A stretch of 64,000 bases of DNA, from NCBI GenBank assembly GCA_964443675.1, contig CAYUDN010000002.1, positions 2,586 to 66,585 of the forward strand, written 5' to 3'. Numbering within the stretch: position 1 is the stretch's first letter; every line of letters starts with the position of its first letter. The DNA is from an uncultured Candidatus Saccharibacteria bacterium (lineage in GTDB: Bacteria; Patescibacteriota; Minisyncoccia; Phycocordibacterales; UBA5272). The notes beneath the pieces were generated by a model that was not told where the DNA came from, did not search any database, and saw only the letters and a program-made list of their open reading frames with translations. Below, piece after piece: positions 1 to 8,682 of this stretch. A program made the position numbers and the translations under genes.

Positions 1-246
1 AGCGGTACGTTCAATAAAATCTTTTTCATTGCGGTTAACAATCATAAGATCACCTGTCCACTGTTGTTTAAAAGCACGAGAAGAACCTTCTATAATTCCC
101 ACCAGAAAACCACTCGTCGCAACAAGATTAAGAAAGGTGAGCATCATAATAAACACGATAAGCCCTGTTGCATAACGACTTGACCGCGTAACCTGTCTTA
201 CCGCAAGGAAGAACCCAAGTGATGCAGTGTTTAAAAATCGCTTCAT
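1..246 (-). CDS. ABC-transporter permease (FtsX/MacB-like), N-terminal 82 aa; gene runs off the window edge
   Basis: Reverse frame from ATG (rc of 244-246) reads MKRFLNTASLGFFLAVRQ...LIVFIMMLTFLNLVATSGFLVG, a typical FtsX-permease N-terminal TM1. It lies 8 nt downstream of the HlyD gene on the same strand, consistent with a macA-macB operon. Confidence 0.5.
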   Translation of the reverse strand, partial: MKRFLNTASLGFFLAVRQVTRSSRYATGLIVFIMMLTFLNLVATSGFLVGIIEGSSRAFKQQWTGDLMIVNRNEKDFIERTA

Positions 247-254
247 ATAAATAG

Positions 255-1877
255 TTAGTTAGTTTGCTTTTGTGCTTGTCGTACTGTCGTTGTAGGAGGC
301 ACAAGGATTTCATTTCCAATAAGACCTCTTGTAATCTCAATAAGCCCATCACCACCACGAACACCAAGCCCTACTTCTGTTGGGACTTCCTTACCTTCAC
401 CAAGAATACTTACAGAACCAACTTCTTGGGTGATAACTTTTACATATCGCGCAGGGATAGCAAGTACGTGGGATTTAGATTCAGTAATAATAGAAACATT
501 CGCGGTCATTCCTTGACGTACACGATCATCTTTACCAACAAAAGTAATAACCACTTTATACATTGGTACCGTGCCTTCTACTGTAGCACCAGGGGACATT
601 CTAGTTACTTTTGCAGGAAAGAGCACACTTTTCCCATACGCATCGAGAGTAATATCTACAGGTGCACCGACTTTTACTTTTACAATGTCAACTTCGGGAA
701 CCTTTGCCTCTACCTCAAAACCATCTGTTGCAAGCATAGAGATGACTGTCTTTCCACTTGTTACCGTCTCTCCGATAGAAAGCGCAACATCGCTCACCAC
801 ACCCGCAAACGGTGCAACAATCATGGTTTTACTAAGGCCAGATCTTGCTTGCGCAACCTGAGCTTCTGCCTGAGCAACAAGAGCCTGTTGTGCTTTTATC
901 ACATACGGATCGGTTCCTGCTTTAGTAAGTTCAAGATCTCTCATGGACTGATTGTAAGTATTTTTTGCGGTGATAAGAGAGCTTCGTTTAAGAGTAATGT
1001 CGGAAAACATAGAAGTCATAGAAGACTTAACCGTCGAAAGGGTTGTACGAACACCATCAAGTGAAGGATTGCTTACACTGCAAGAAAGGAGGAGGAGGTT
1101 AGAGATCGTATTCACCAAATCATTAGTGGCAAGTGCAGATTGATACGCAAGATCAAAAGCTTTGTCAATAGAATCATTAGAAGAAATAGAAGTAATTGTT
1201 GTACTTTTTGTTTGGAATGTAGCAAGTACATCTTCAAGACGTGTTCTCTTTTCTTCTAACTCCCCCTGAAGACGCTGGTCACAAGAGGTGAAAGAAAGTT
1301 GATATCTCCCATTGTTAAGCATAAATACTGAGGCAAATTTATTCTTAACCACATCCGCTGTTATTGCATCAACGTTCTGAATAGTGTCAGGAAGAGAGCT
1401 GTACGCCTGATCGAGCGAACTCTTTGCGTTCATTGCCACCTGTTCTTTGAGTGCAATTTCTTCTTTTCGTGCACCTTGCTGTAACTGCTCAAGTTTTGCT
1501 TGCGCATTAGAAAGACTTGCCTCTGCCTGAAGCAAAGAAGCTTGCGCGTCACCAGAAGAAAGAGTTGCCAAGGTTTGCCCTTGATACACCGAGTCTCCAG
1601 CTTTTACCCCAACATAGGCAACAGTTCCCAGTGTCTGAAAAGCAAGGCTTGCATCTTTTGAAGACTGAACCTGTCCAGATACACGAACATACTGCTTCAC
1701 CGTCTGATACTCAACCTGATGGGTATCGCCGATTGTTTTTGGGGAAGAAAACACCACAACACCCAAAATAACAACAAGAATTACAAACAAAAATGCCGTG
1801 TAAGTCTTATGTCGTGCAAAAAAAGTAATAGTGTTCTGATAAAATTGATGAATACGTACAAATAATGCTGAAGTCAT
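255..1877 (-). CDS. HlyD/MacA-family membrane-fusion (periplasmic adaptor) protein
   Basis: 540 aa with an N-terminal TM, long coiled-coil (QAEASLSNAQAKLEQLQQ...), lipoyl/beta-barrel segments, and a strong SD (AAGGAGGTGG) before the ATG. Confidence 0.8.
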   Translation of the reverse strand: MTSALFVRIHQFYQNTITFFARHKTYTAFLFVILVVILGVVVFSSPKTIGDTHQVEYQTVKQYVRVSGQVQSSKDASLAFQTLGTVAYVGVKAGDSVYQGQTLATLSSGDAQASLLQAEASLSNAQAKLEQLQQGARKEEIALKEQVAMNAKSSLDQAYSSLPDTIQNVDAITADVVKNKFASVFMLNNGRYQLSFTSCDQRLQGELEEKRTRLEDVLATFQTKSTTITSISSNDSIDKAFDLAYQSALATNDLVNTISNLLLLSCSVSNPSLDGVRTTLSTVKSSMTSMFSDITLKRSSLITAKNTYNQSMRDLELTKAGTDPYVIKAQQALVAQAEAQVAQARSGLSKTMIVAPFAGVVSDVALSIGETVTSGKTVISMLATDGFEVEAKVPEVDIVKVKVGAPVDITLDAYGKSVLFPAKVTRMSPGATVEGTVPMYKVVITFVGKDDRVRQGMTANVSIITESKSHVLAIPARYVKVITQEVGSVSILGEGKEVPTEVGLGVRGGDGLIEITRGLIGNEILVPPTTTVRQAQKQTN

Positions 1878-1939
1878 AGTATTAAAGAGTATACCACCTC
1901 CTTTTCATAACCCTTACTCGTCGTAACATTGGGATGTAA

Positions 1940-2230
1940 ATGAATCACCCCACGGCAAGCCGACGGGGTGATTCATTTGTTAAAAAAACAGCCGGATTTC
2001 ATTTTTATCAAGGTAATGGAATCCAGAAATATTTTGTTACGGGTCATGCCTATTCTATTTCTCGAGTCAATCCACAACAGCAAACTGTGAAAGTGGTTAA
2101 CCCCTGGGACACATCAAAACCAATAGAAATGAGTTTTGAGCAGTTTAAAGGTACTTTCACTGATATTTCAATCGTTGAAGTTGATGTTGAAAAGTTTTTA
2201 GACTATACAAGCAAGTATGCAGAAAAATAG
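1940..2230 (+). pseudogene. Calpain-like (peptidase C2) C-terminal fragment; 5' part with catalytic Cys is missing
   Basis: Contains GHAYSI and NPW motifs matching the calpain His and Asn catalytic region (GHAYSVT...RNPWG). Only ~60 nt separate it from the HlyD gene, so the Cys-bearing N-terminal half cannot be present. Confidence 0.4.
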
Positions 2231-2298
2231 TCTAAACAAGAGTAGGGTGAATTATTTCTGTGACACCTAAGTTCTAATACTGTCTACGACAGTACACC
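2231..2298. repeat. Cassette 3'-boundary element copy 1 (TCTAAACAAGAGTAGGGT...GTTCTAATACTGTCTACGACAGTACACC)
   Basis: The ~65-nt motif is repeated at 4434-4496 and 6046-6099. Its 3' core GTCTACGACAGTACACC is also at 3024-3053 and 4875-4904. Confidence 0.7.
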
Positions 2299-2382
2299 AA
2301 TCGATAACATCAATAAAATCAAGGGTTATTTTTTCTAGCCTTTCGCAAAAAACGATTAGGTTGGAAATGATACACTATAGAT

Positions 2383-3006
2383 ATGAAAAAAATTATCATT
2401 TTTGATTTTGACGGAGTGATTATTGATAGCTCAAAAGAGGCTTATAAGTTATTAAAAAAGGCATACCCTGATTTAAATCAAGTTCAATTCGAAAGTTTAT
2501 TTAGTGGAAATATATTTTCAGAATTACAAAAGTTTGGCAATCCTCAAATATCAATCGAGGATTTGCAAACGGAATGGAAGAATATTATTTCATTGCAAAA
2601 TGTTCGTCCACCGTTGGTAGAAGGAATAAAAGAAATTATTGAAAAACTAAATAAAGATTTTTTGCTTGTTATTAATACTGCTTCTGAAAAAGAAGTAGCA
2701 GAAAAGTTTCTACTAGAAAATAACCTAGACTACTTCAGTGGAATTTATGGTTCAGAAACCTCTAGAAGTAAGGTTGAGAAATTTAAAGTTATTTTTAGCA
2801 AACATAATTGTGAAGCAAAAGATTGTATTTTTATTACAGATACAATTGGTGATGTTGCTGAATCTTCTTCAGTTGATATAGCAACTATTTTAGTTTCGTG
2901 GGGGTATCAAAGTATTGAACTCTTTAATAGTGTGGGGCCAGATGTTGCTGCTATAGCAAACATACCAGTAGAACTTTTAACCAAGTTAGAAAATTTAACA
3001 AAGTAA
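2383..3006 (+). CDS. HAD-superfamily hydrolase (phosphatase)
   Basis: N-terminal MKKIIIFDFDGVIIDS (DxDG motif I), 207 aa. Confidence 0.8.
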   Translation: MKKIIIFDFDGVIIDSSKEAYKLLKKAYPDLNQVQFESLFSGNIFSELQKFGNPQISIEDLQTEWKNIISLQNVRPPLVEGIKEIIEKLNKDFLLVINTASEKEVAEKFLLENNLDYFSGIYGSETSRSKVEKFKVIFSKHNCEAKDCIFITDTIGDVAESSSVDIATILVSWGYQSIELFNSVGPDVAAIANIPVELLTKLENLTK

Positions 3007-3023
3007 TGTATTTTACTGAATCT

Positions 3024-3053
3024 GAGTTCTAATCCCGTCTACGACAGTACACC
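3024..3053. repeat. Cassette 3'-boundary core copy 2 (GAGTTCTAATCCCGTCTACGACAGTACACC)
   Basis: Exact 30-nt match to copies at 4467-4496 (1 mismatch) and 4875-4904. Confidence 0.7.
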
Positions 3054-3071
3054 GATGAATGATAACTAAAA

Positions 3072-3121
3072 ATCTCCTTGTAAATGAGGAGATTTTTAGC
3101 CTGCCTGTCCTACAAGGCAGG
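3072..3121 (+). terminator. Rho-independent terminator (ATCTCCTTGTAAATGAGGAGATTTTT) followed by a second hairpin CCTGCCTGTCCTACAAGGCAGG
   Basis: 7-bp stem plus T-run. The second hairpin is identical at 4950-4971, and the first has a structural equivalent of different sequence at 4924-4947. Confidence 0.6.
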
Positions 3122-3182
3122 TTACAACATTTTGCTCCCCTTTCGAGAAAAACACTTAGGTTGGAAATGGTATACTTTCGTA

Positions 3183-4433
3183 ATGTTAGAAAAAATATCA
3201 GAAGCTGTAAAAAACACAAATACTGAACTTGAAGATTTGGCTCTTATTGTTGCTAAAGAAATTAGAACTGCAAATGATTTAACCTTTGAACAAAGAAAAG
3301 AGCTTTTAGGATTGGTTAGAAAGTGGTCGAAATATGTGAAAGATAATGGAGTAGATCAATCAGATGTGCTTTCTGTGAGGTATCATTTACTTGAGTTTTC
3401 GAGGAAGAATTTTAAACATAATACTGAATTTGAAAAAGATGTTAAGTTGCAGAGTATTCCCGTGGATAATTTAGAGTTGCCAGATGGTTCGTTATTTAAA
3501 GATTACATAAATAGAAATTTTGAAGGTGGTGACATCTTTAGTGATGAACACACTGCAATCTATGGTGGAATCGCTCGACTTGCTCTTAAGTTACACGCTT
3601 CACAAAGTAATCCTAGTTATGATTTTCGTTTGATTGATTCTGAATTACCAATAAATGATGTTGACGTTATTGTGGATGACAAGAATGTAGGTAATAAATA
3701 TAAATCAGGTATTGCTGGCACAAGGGTCGTTGGAGACCTAGAAGAGTATTTGAAAGCGTATTACCAGACCGTTGAATGCACAATCAACCAAGCATTAATT
3801 TATAAAGGGGAGCTTTTGTATACTGAAAACGCTTTACAAGATAATACGACAGGAGAGCTTCGTTTTATTGAAAAAGATGAAACCCTTTTTAATCCAGATT
3901 CTATGGCCTTAGAAGATGGAAAAATATTTGTTACGGGCAAGGGGTTTTATAGGGCATTAGCTTACCTTCTAAGACATAAAGCACATAAACTTTCTCTTTA
4001 TCAAGATAATCTAGATTTTTTAAAGAAAAGTAAGTACACTTGGGCTTCTCCACTACCAAAGATTTTATTCCTTAAAGATGCAGAGGTCAGAAATAGAGCT
4101 ATTAACGAATGGCATAGTCTTGCTAGGAGTTTAGGGGTGACAACTAGCAGAAATCCTGAAGAATTCTTGGAAGAAATTATTTCTGAAAATCCTAGTATTG
4201 TAAATTACAATTTTAAAACTGAGGAAAATAATGCAGAAGAAATAAGGTGGATAATAAATCAATTTTTGAAATCGGGGGTTAGGAGTGTTATTCCAGACTC
4301 ATACCCAAAGGGAATGAGTAATGAGGTTGTTACTATTGATATACGAGAATTAGATGTCGAGGAACATGATTTGAGTAAGTTTTTTGAAAAAGTAAATTCA
4401 ACATTTAAAAATGCTCATTTTAATATAGTGTAA
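3183..4433 (+). CDS. Hypothetical protein (416 aa), cassette gene
   Basis: ORF with ATG at 3183 immediately after the conserved leader TTAGGTTGGAAATGGTATACT. The longer track ORF from 3084 would read through the repeat/terminator. No family is recognised with confidence. Confidence 0.55.
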   Translation: MLEKISEAVKNTNTELEDLALIVAKEIRTANDLTFEQRKELLGLVRKWSKYVKDNGVDQSDVLSVRYHLLEFSRKNFKHNTEFEKDVKLQSIPVDNLELPDGSLFKDYINRNFEGGDIFSDEHTAIYGGIARLALKLHASQSNPSYDFRLIDSELPINDVDVIVDDKNVGNKYKSGIAGTRVVGDLEEYLKAYYQTVECTINQALIYKGELLYTENALQDNTTGELRFIEKDETLFNPDSMALEDGKIFVTGKGFYRALAYLLRHKAHKLSLYQDNLDFLKKSKYTWASPLPKILFLKDAEVRNRAINEWHSLARSLGVTTSRNPEEFLEEIISENPSIVNYNFKTEENNAEEIRWIINQFLKSGVRSVIPDSYPKGMSNEVVTIDIRELDVEEHDLSKFFEKVNSTFKNAHFNIV

Positions 4434-4496
4434 ACAAGGGTAGAGTAAATTACTTTTGCATCATCTGAGTTCTAACCCCGTCTACGACAGTACACC
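4434..4496. repeat. Cassette 3'-boundary element copy 3
   Basis: AACAAGGGTAGAGTAAATTACTTTTGCATCATCTGAGTTCTAACCCCGTCTACGACAGTACACC. Confidence 0.7.
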
Positions 4497-4586
4497 ACGT
4501 AAATAGAGTAATAAAATCAGTGGTTATTTTTTGTACCTAATCGAGAATGATCGCTAGGTTGGAACCAGAATGATATAATTGAATAT

Positions 4587-4877
4587 ATGTCATTAGAATC
4601 ACCAAACCAAAATCCGCTTTCTGTAAGAGAAAAGTATTTATCAAAAGTCGATAAAGAAGGTTTCGTATATGTCGGTGATTTTTCAACTCAAGAATTAAAA
4701 CGACAATCAAAAAGTATTGCTTCATTTTTGGATGGAGAAGAAGGAACGGAACCAGATATAAATTTAGGTAACGGAATAAGATTTAAAGGATCTTCAGGAA
4801 ATTATTCAGATATGAAAGTGCACGTTGATGACCTTGAAGAGTTTATAAAGAGAGTAAGGAATTACTACGGAGATTAG
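4587..4877 (+). CDS. Hypothetical small protein (96 aa), cassette gene
   Basis: ORF preceded by a TATAAT-like -10 at ~4572. The stop codon TAG overlaps the start of boundary motif copy 4. Confidence 0.45.
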   Translation: MSLESPNQNPLSVREKYLSKVDKEGFVYVGDFSTQELKRQSKSIASFLDGEEGTEPDINLGNGIRFKGSSGNYSDMKVHVDDLEEFIKRVRNYYGD

Positions 4878-4904
4878 TTCTAATCCCGTCTACGACAGTA
4901 CACC
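4875..4904. repeat. Cassette 3'-boundary core copy 4
   Basis: TAGTTCTAATCCCGTCTACGACAGTACACC; overlaps the stop codon of the preceding gene. Confidence 0.7.
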
Positions 4905-4923
4905 AATCAATAAAAACTAAAAG

Positions 4924-4971
4924 TTCCCTTATTAAAGAGGGGGTTTTAGCCTGCCTGTCCTACAAGGCAGG
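4924..4971 (+). terminator. Terminator hairpin (TCCCTTATTAAAGAGGGGGTTTT) plus conserved hairpin CCTGCCTGTCCTACAAGGCAGG
   Basis: Stem-loop plus T-run. Same architecture as 3072-3121, with compensatory changes in the first stem. Confidence 0.55.
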
Positions 4972-5121
4972 TTACATATTTATGTACCCTTTAGCGAATA
5001 ACATGTAAAGTTGGAACTGCTTCATATTTTGCACATCATTTGCATTAAGGTATACAAACACAGATTCATACATGAAATAAACGTTAACTTAACACAAAAC
5101 TAAGTGTAATTTACGATTTTG

Positions 5122-5150
5122 TTGACATATTTACATAAATTTGCTATAAT
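5122..5150 (+). promoter_or_regulatory. Consensus sigma70 promoter TTGACA-17-TATAAT for the Fic gene
   Basis: TTGACA at 5122-5127 and TATAAT at 5145-5150. The ATG at 5165 implies a very short leader. Confidence 0.6.
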
Positions 5151-5164
5151 ACATGGTGTAAGTT

Positions 5165-6040
5165 ATGAAAAAAAATACTAAAAAGCTTCAAAAAATACTT
5201 GATTTAAAACAGAAGTATGACTCTCTTAAAAAAGGGAAGGATTCACTTTTAAACATTATCGAAGAAGTTGAACTTGCTGAGTCTGTGTATAATTCAAATG
5301 CTATAGAAAATTCGACACTAACTTTACCAGATACAGAAAAAATTCTTTTGGACCTTGAAGTGTCAAAGAACTATTCACTCCGTGAAGTCTTTGAAGCAAA
5401 AAACTTAGCGAGGGTATATGAATATATACGAAAGAAGAAAGATTCAATCATTCTTAATCAAGAAACAATATTGTTTATTCACTCATTATTACTAGGTGGT
5501 ATTAATGACGATATTGCTGGAAGGTTTAGAAAAGAGAACGAATATGTGCGAGTTGGAAAACATGTTGCACCCGCACCCGAGCATGTACTACGAATGACAG
5601 AGGTTTTACTTAACGAATACAAATCAGATCATACTACAAATATTTTTTCAAAAATCGCATATTTTCATCTTCAATTTGAAACAATACATCCATTTGTAGA
5701 TGGTAATGGTCGTATTGGTCGCGTGCTTATAAATTTACAACTTCAGGAATTTGGATATCCAAATATTATTATTCGAGATAAAGAGAAACATTTATATTAC
5801 AAAACCTTTTCTTATTTTAGAGACAAGAAATCTACAAAAGAAATGGAGCAAATTATCTACCTTGCTCTTTCTGAAGGGTTGAATAAAAGAATTGCATATT
5901 TAGAAAGTAGAAAAATAGTAACCCTCTCAGAGTATTCCAAGAAAAAGAAAGTACCGTTAGCCAATCTTATTAATCAGGGCAAACGTCAAACAATCGAAGC
6001 TTTTCGAGAAAAAGGGGTTTGGAAAATTGGGGTTAAATAA
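5165..6040 (+). CDS. Fic-family protein (AMPylator / adenylyltransferase-type) with an N-terminal inhibitory motif
   Basis: Canonical Fic motif HPFVDGNGRIGR. The N-terminal SNAIEN matches the (S/T)xxxE(G/N) auto-inhibitory helix motif of class II Fic proteins. Confidence 0.85.
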   Translation: MKKNTKKLQKILDLKQKYDSLKKGKDSLLNIIEEVELAESVYNSNAIENSTLTLPDTEKILLDLEVSKNYSLREVFEAKNLARVYEYIRKKKDSIILNQETILFIHSLLLGGINDDIAGRFRKENEYVRVGKHVAPAPEHVLRMTEVLLNEYKSDHTTNIFSKIAYFHLQFETIHPFVDGNGRIGRVLINLQLQEFGYPNIIIRDKEKHLYYKTFSYFRDKKSTKEMEQIIYLALSEGLNKRIAYLESRKIVTLSEYSKKKKVPLANLINQGKRQTIEAFREKGVWKIGVK

Positions 6041-6045
6041 TACAA

Positions 6046-6099
6046 TCTAAACAAGAGTAGGGTAAGTTACTTCTGTGTCACCTGAGTTCTAATCCCGTC
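6046..6099. repeat. Cassette boundary element copy 5 (truncated; diverges after CCCGTC); right end of the cassette array
   Basis: TCTAAACAAGAGTAGGGTAAGTTACTTCTGTGTCACCTGAGTTCTAATCCCGTC, then unique sequence leading into tpiA. Confidence 0.65.
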
Positions 6100-6172
6100 G
6101 TTGCAGAACAATCATATCGCACAAGATGTAATTTGAGGCGTGTTCTTAAGTCGTGATATACTTGCTTATATT

Positions 6173-6949
6173 ATGGCAAAAAAAATGACGCCGAGTATTG
6201 TCGGCAACTGGAAAGCGACACCAAAAACTCTCGATGAAGGTCTCAAATTCATCAAACAGCTCGAGAAAAAACTTTCAAAAACAAAAATAAAACTCCCAAA
6301 AAAGTCTTACTACTTAGCAGTTCCCGAAGTATTCATTACACCTCTTGGTGAAGAGGCTCTTTCTGGGCATATTGGTGCACAAACATTACACGGAACAACA
6401 CTTGGTCAAACTACCGGTGGTACCACACCAGAACAACTAAAGTCTGCCGGGGCCTCCTTCACCCTTGTTGGCCATAGCGAAGTAAGGAAAAGAGGGGAAA
6501 CCCAAGAAGAACGCAAAGAAAAAGTACTAAAAGCGCTCACCTCCAAACTCACTACCATTCTTTGTGTTGGGGAGCTTACTCGTGACAAAAACGGCAAATA
6601 TCTCGAGGCTCTTGAAAATGATGTAAAAGAAATTCTTCAAGATATTCCACGAGAAAGATTCTCTTATCTTATGATTGCCTACGAACCAATATGGGCAATA
6701 GGGGCATCAGTTCCGGCAACAGCAAATGAGTGCTTTGAAGCAGTAATCGCACTCAGAAGAGCTCTTGCATCACTTGCAGGAATCGACTACGCAAAAAAAG
6801 TACAAATCCTTTATGGTGGCACAGTAAAAGATGACAACGCAAAAGTATTTATTGAAGAAGGTGGAGTGGATGGTCTTCTCATAGGAAGATCATCTCAAGA
6901 ACTTTCTTCTTTCTTGTCGATTATTGAAGACGTACATCGTAACAACTAA
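6173..6949 (+). CDS. tpiA: Triosephosphate isomerase
   Basis: GNWK near the N-terminus, VGHSE, and IAYEPIWAIG active-site motif. Confidence 0.9.
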   Translation: MAKKMTPSIVGNWKATPKTLDEGLKFIKQLEKKLSKTKIKLPKKSYYLAVPEVFITPLGEEALSGHIGAQTLHGTTLGQTTGGTTPEQLKSAGASFTLVGHSEVRKRGETQEERKEKVLKALTSKLTTILCVGELTRDKNGKYLEALENDVKEILQDIPRERFSYLMIAYEPIWAIGASVPATANECFEAVIALRRALASLAGIDYAKKVQILYGGTVKDDNAKVFIEEGGVDGLLIGRSSQELSSFLSIIEDVHRNN

Positions 6950-6977
6950 CAGATACTTTTATTTTTCTTACCTAACC

Positions 6978-8105
6978 ATGAACACTTCTTGGAATGAACA
7001 CAGTGTGCCCGAACTTCATACCCTTAAAGGTAAGCGAGTGCTTATACGTGTTGACTGGAATATGCCAGTACAAGATGGAAAAATCGTTGACCTAAGCAGA
7101 TTCGATGCCACAACACCATTTATCCAAAAACTCATAGCAGTAGGTGCAAAAATTATCCTCATGACCCACTTTGGAGAAAAAGGAGGAACACTTCAGCCTG
7201 TTGCTGAACATGCAACCAAAACATTCCCCTCTATCACTTTCACACCATCATTTGACCTTACTGAATTGCATGCACTTTCTAATACTCTTAAAGAAGGTGA
7301 GGGAATGCTCCTTGAAAATGTTCGTCTTTTTCCTGGAGAAACCGAGAATGACCCTTCCCTTGCTGAAGCTTTTTCTTCTTTAGGTGATGTGTTTATTAAC
7401 GACGCTTTCTCTGTCTCTCACAGAAAACATGCGAGTGTTGTTGGTGTTGCTACACGCAAGCTTTCTTATTTTGGCCCAACATGTATGCGTGAGCTTGAGC
7501 ATCTTTCTAGAATTTTAGACCCCGTACAACCAGCGCTTCTTATTGTTGGTGGAGCAAAAATTTCTACAAAAATATCCCTTATCAAGCGCTATCTCGATAA
7601 AGGGGTTAAAGTATTTGTTGGTGGTGCTATGGTTCATAATATTTGGAAAGAAAAAGGTATAGAAATAGGCAAAAGTCTTTATGACTCAACATACAAACTT
7701 CCAGAAGGTTTTAGTAATCACCCGCTTCTCCTTACCCCAGTAGATGTTGTGCTTTCTAGTGGAGAAACAGTAGAGGTAACAAAAGTTCCAAAGGAAGAAA
7801 TGATTGTTGATTGTGGTAAAAAAACTGCAGAGATGCTCCACGGAATCATAACACTTTCAAATACTGTTATTGCAAATGGACCTCTTGGTCTTTATGAAAA
7901 AGGGTGGCTTCATGGAAGCGAACTTATTTTGACAGACCTTGCTCATGCAAAAGTTGCATCATACATCGGAGGAGGGGACACTGTGACTGTCGCTAATTCG
8001 CTTCACCTTCTTAACAACTTCACTTTCGTCTCGCTTGGTGGAGGGGCAATGCTTGATTTCCTTTCATCTGGTACACTACCTGGTATAGATGCTGTCACAA
8101 AATAA
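6978..8105 (+). CDS. pgk: Phosphoglycerate kinase
   Basis: RVDWNMP N-terminal motif, hinge and C-terminal GGGA(M/S) region, 375 aa. Start taken at ATG 6978 after the tpiA stop. Confidence 0.9.
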   Translation: MNTSWNEHSVPELHTLKGKRVLIRVDWNMPVQDGKIVDLSRFDATTPFIQKLIAVGAKIILMTHFGEKGGTLQPVAEHATKTFPSITFTPSFDLTELHALSNTLKEGEGMLLENVRLFPGETENDPSLAEAFSSLGDVFINDAFSVSHRKHASVVGVATRKLSYFGPTCMRELEHLSRILDPVQPALLIVGGAKISTKISLIKRYLDKGVKVFVGGAMVHNIWKEKGIEIGKSLYDSTYKLPEGFSNHPLLLTPVDVVLSSGETVEVTKVPKEEMIVDCGKKTAEMLHGIITLSNTVIANGPLGLYEKGWLHGSELILTDLAHAKVASYIGGGDTVTVANSLHLLNNFTFVSLGGGAMLDFLSSGTLPGIDAVTK

Positions 8106-8682
8106 CTCCTCATCTGTTATAGTAAGTGCAGGGGATCATGAAGCACTCAAAAAGCTTATTTTACAAGCAAAAAAGGGTGACTCTGGTGCTTTTAGTCAGG
8201 TGTACACAACGCTTTATGTTCCTCTGTACAGATATGTCATCTCCAAAAGTCATGACAGTGAGCTTGCTAATGATGTTTGTCAGCAAACGTTTCTCCAATT
8301 TTTTCAGGCTCTTGCATACTACGAACCAGAAAAATCTCCTCTTGCGTATCTTTTTACAATAGCAAAAAGACTGCTCATCAATCATGGAGAGAAAAAAACG
8401 TTTGAACCCTTTGACGAAGCACTTCTTGAGACTTTTAGCGATGATAAGGAAGATATCCTTGAAACCATTGATATCAAACACCTTTCAGACAAAGTTATCG
8501 AATTCTTGCCATCACTATCGACGGATGAACAAGATGTTATCCGGCTCTACTATTTCTCAGAGTTTACCTATAAAGAAATAAGTGACATTATCGAAAAAGA
8601 AGAGGTCTACATTCGAAAAATCAAAGAGCGAGCACTCAAAAAACTCCGCATTCTCACCAAACATCTCTATGACAACCACTAA
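8089..8682 (+). CDS. ECF-type RNA polymerase sigma-70 family factor
   Basis: Region 2-like segment (FSQVYTTLYVPLYRYV...) and region 4 HTH (LSTDEQDVIRLYYFSEFTYKEISDII...ERALKKLR). The exact start is uncertain. Confidence 0.75.
   Translation: MLSQNNSSSVIVSAGDHEALKKLILQAKKGDSGAFSQVYTTLYVPLYRYVISKSHDSELANDVCQQTFLQFFQALAYYEPEKSPLAYLFTIAKRLLINHGEKKTFEPFDEALLETFSDDKEDILETIDIKHLSDKVIEFLPSLSTDEQDVIRLYYFSEFTYKEISDIIEKEEVYIRKIKERALKKLRILTKHLYDNH

Noticed and set aside
3084-3182. N-terminal extension of the 449-aa track ORF
   Set aside because: The extension reads through the conserved boundary motif, terminator hairpins and leader. ATG 3183 directly after the shared leader is the consistent start, as in the other cassettes.
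2271-4904. Conserved cassette-boundary motif (GAGTTCTAATCCCGTCTACGACAGTACACC) as a tRNA 3' fragment (TTCTAAT resembles a T-loop) marking tandem island integrations
   Set aside because: No complementary T-stem or acceptor-stem halves can be formed around the TTCTAAT segment, and there is no CCA or discriminator context. It does not fold as a tRNA 3' half.
1940-6100. Cassette array as a classical integron
   Set aside because: No IntI-type integrase or attI in the window. The boundary motif lacks the RYYYAAC...GTTRRRY attC core symmetry. Cassettes carry their own promoters and terminators, unlike typical integron cassettes.
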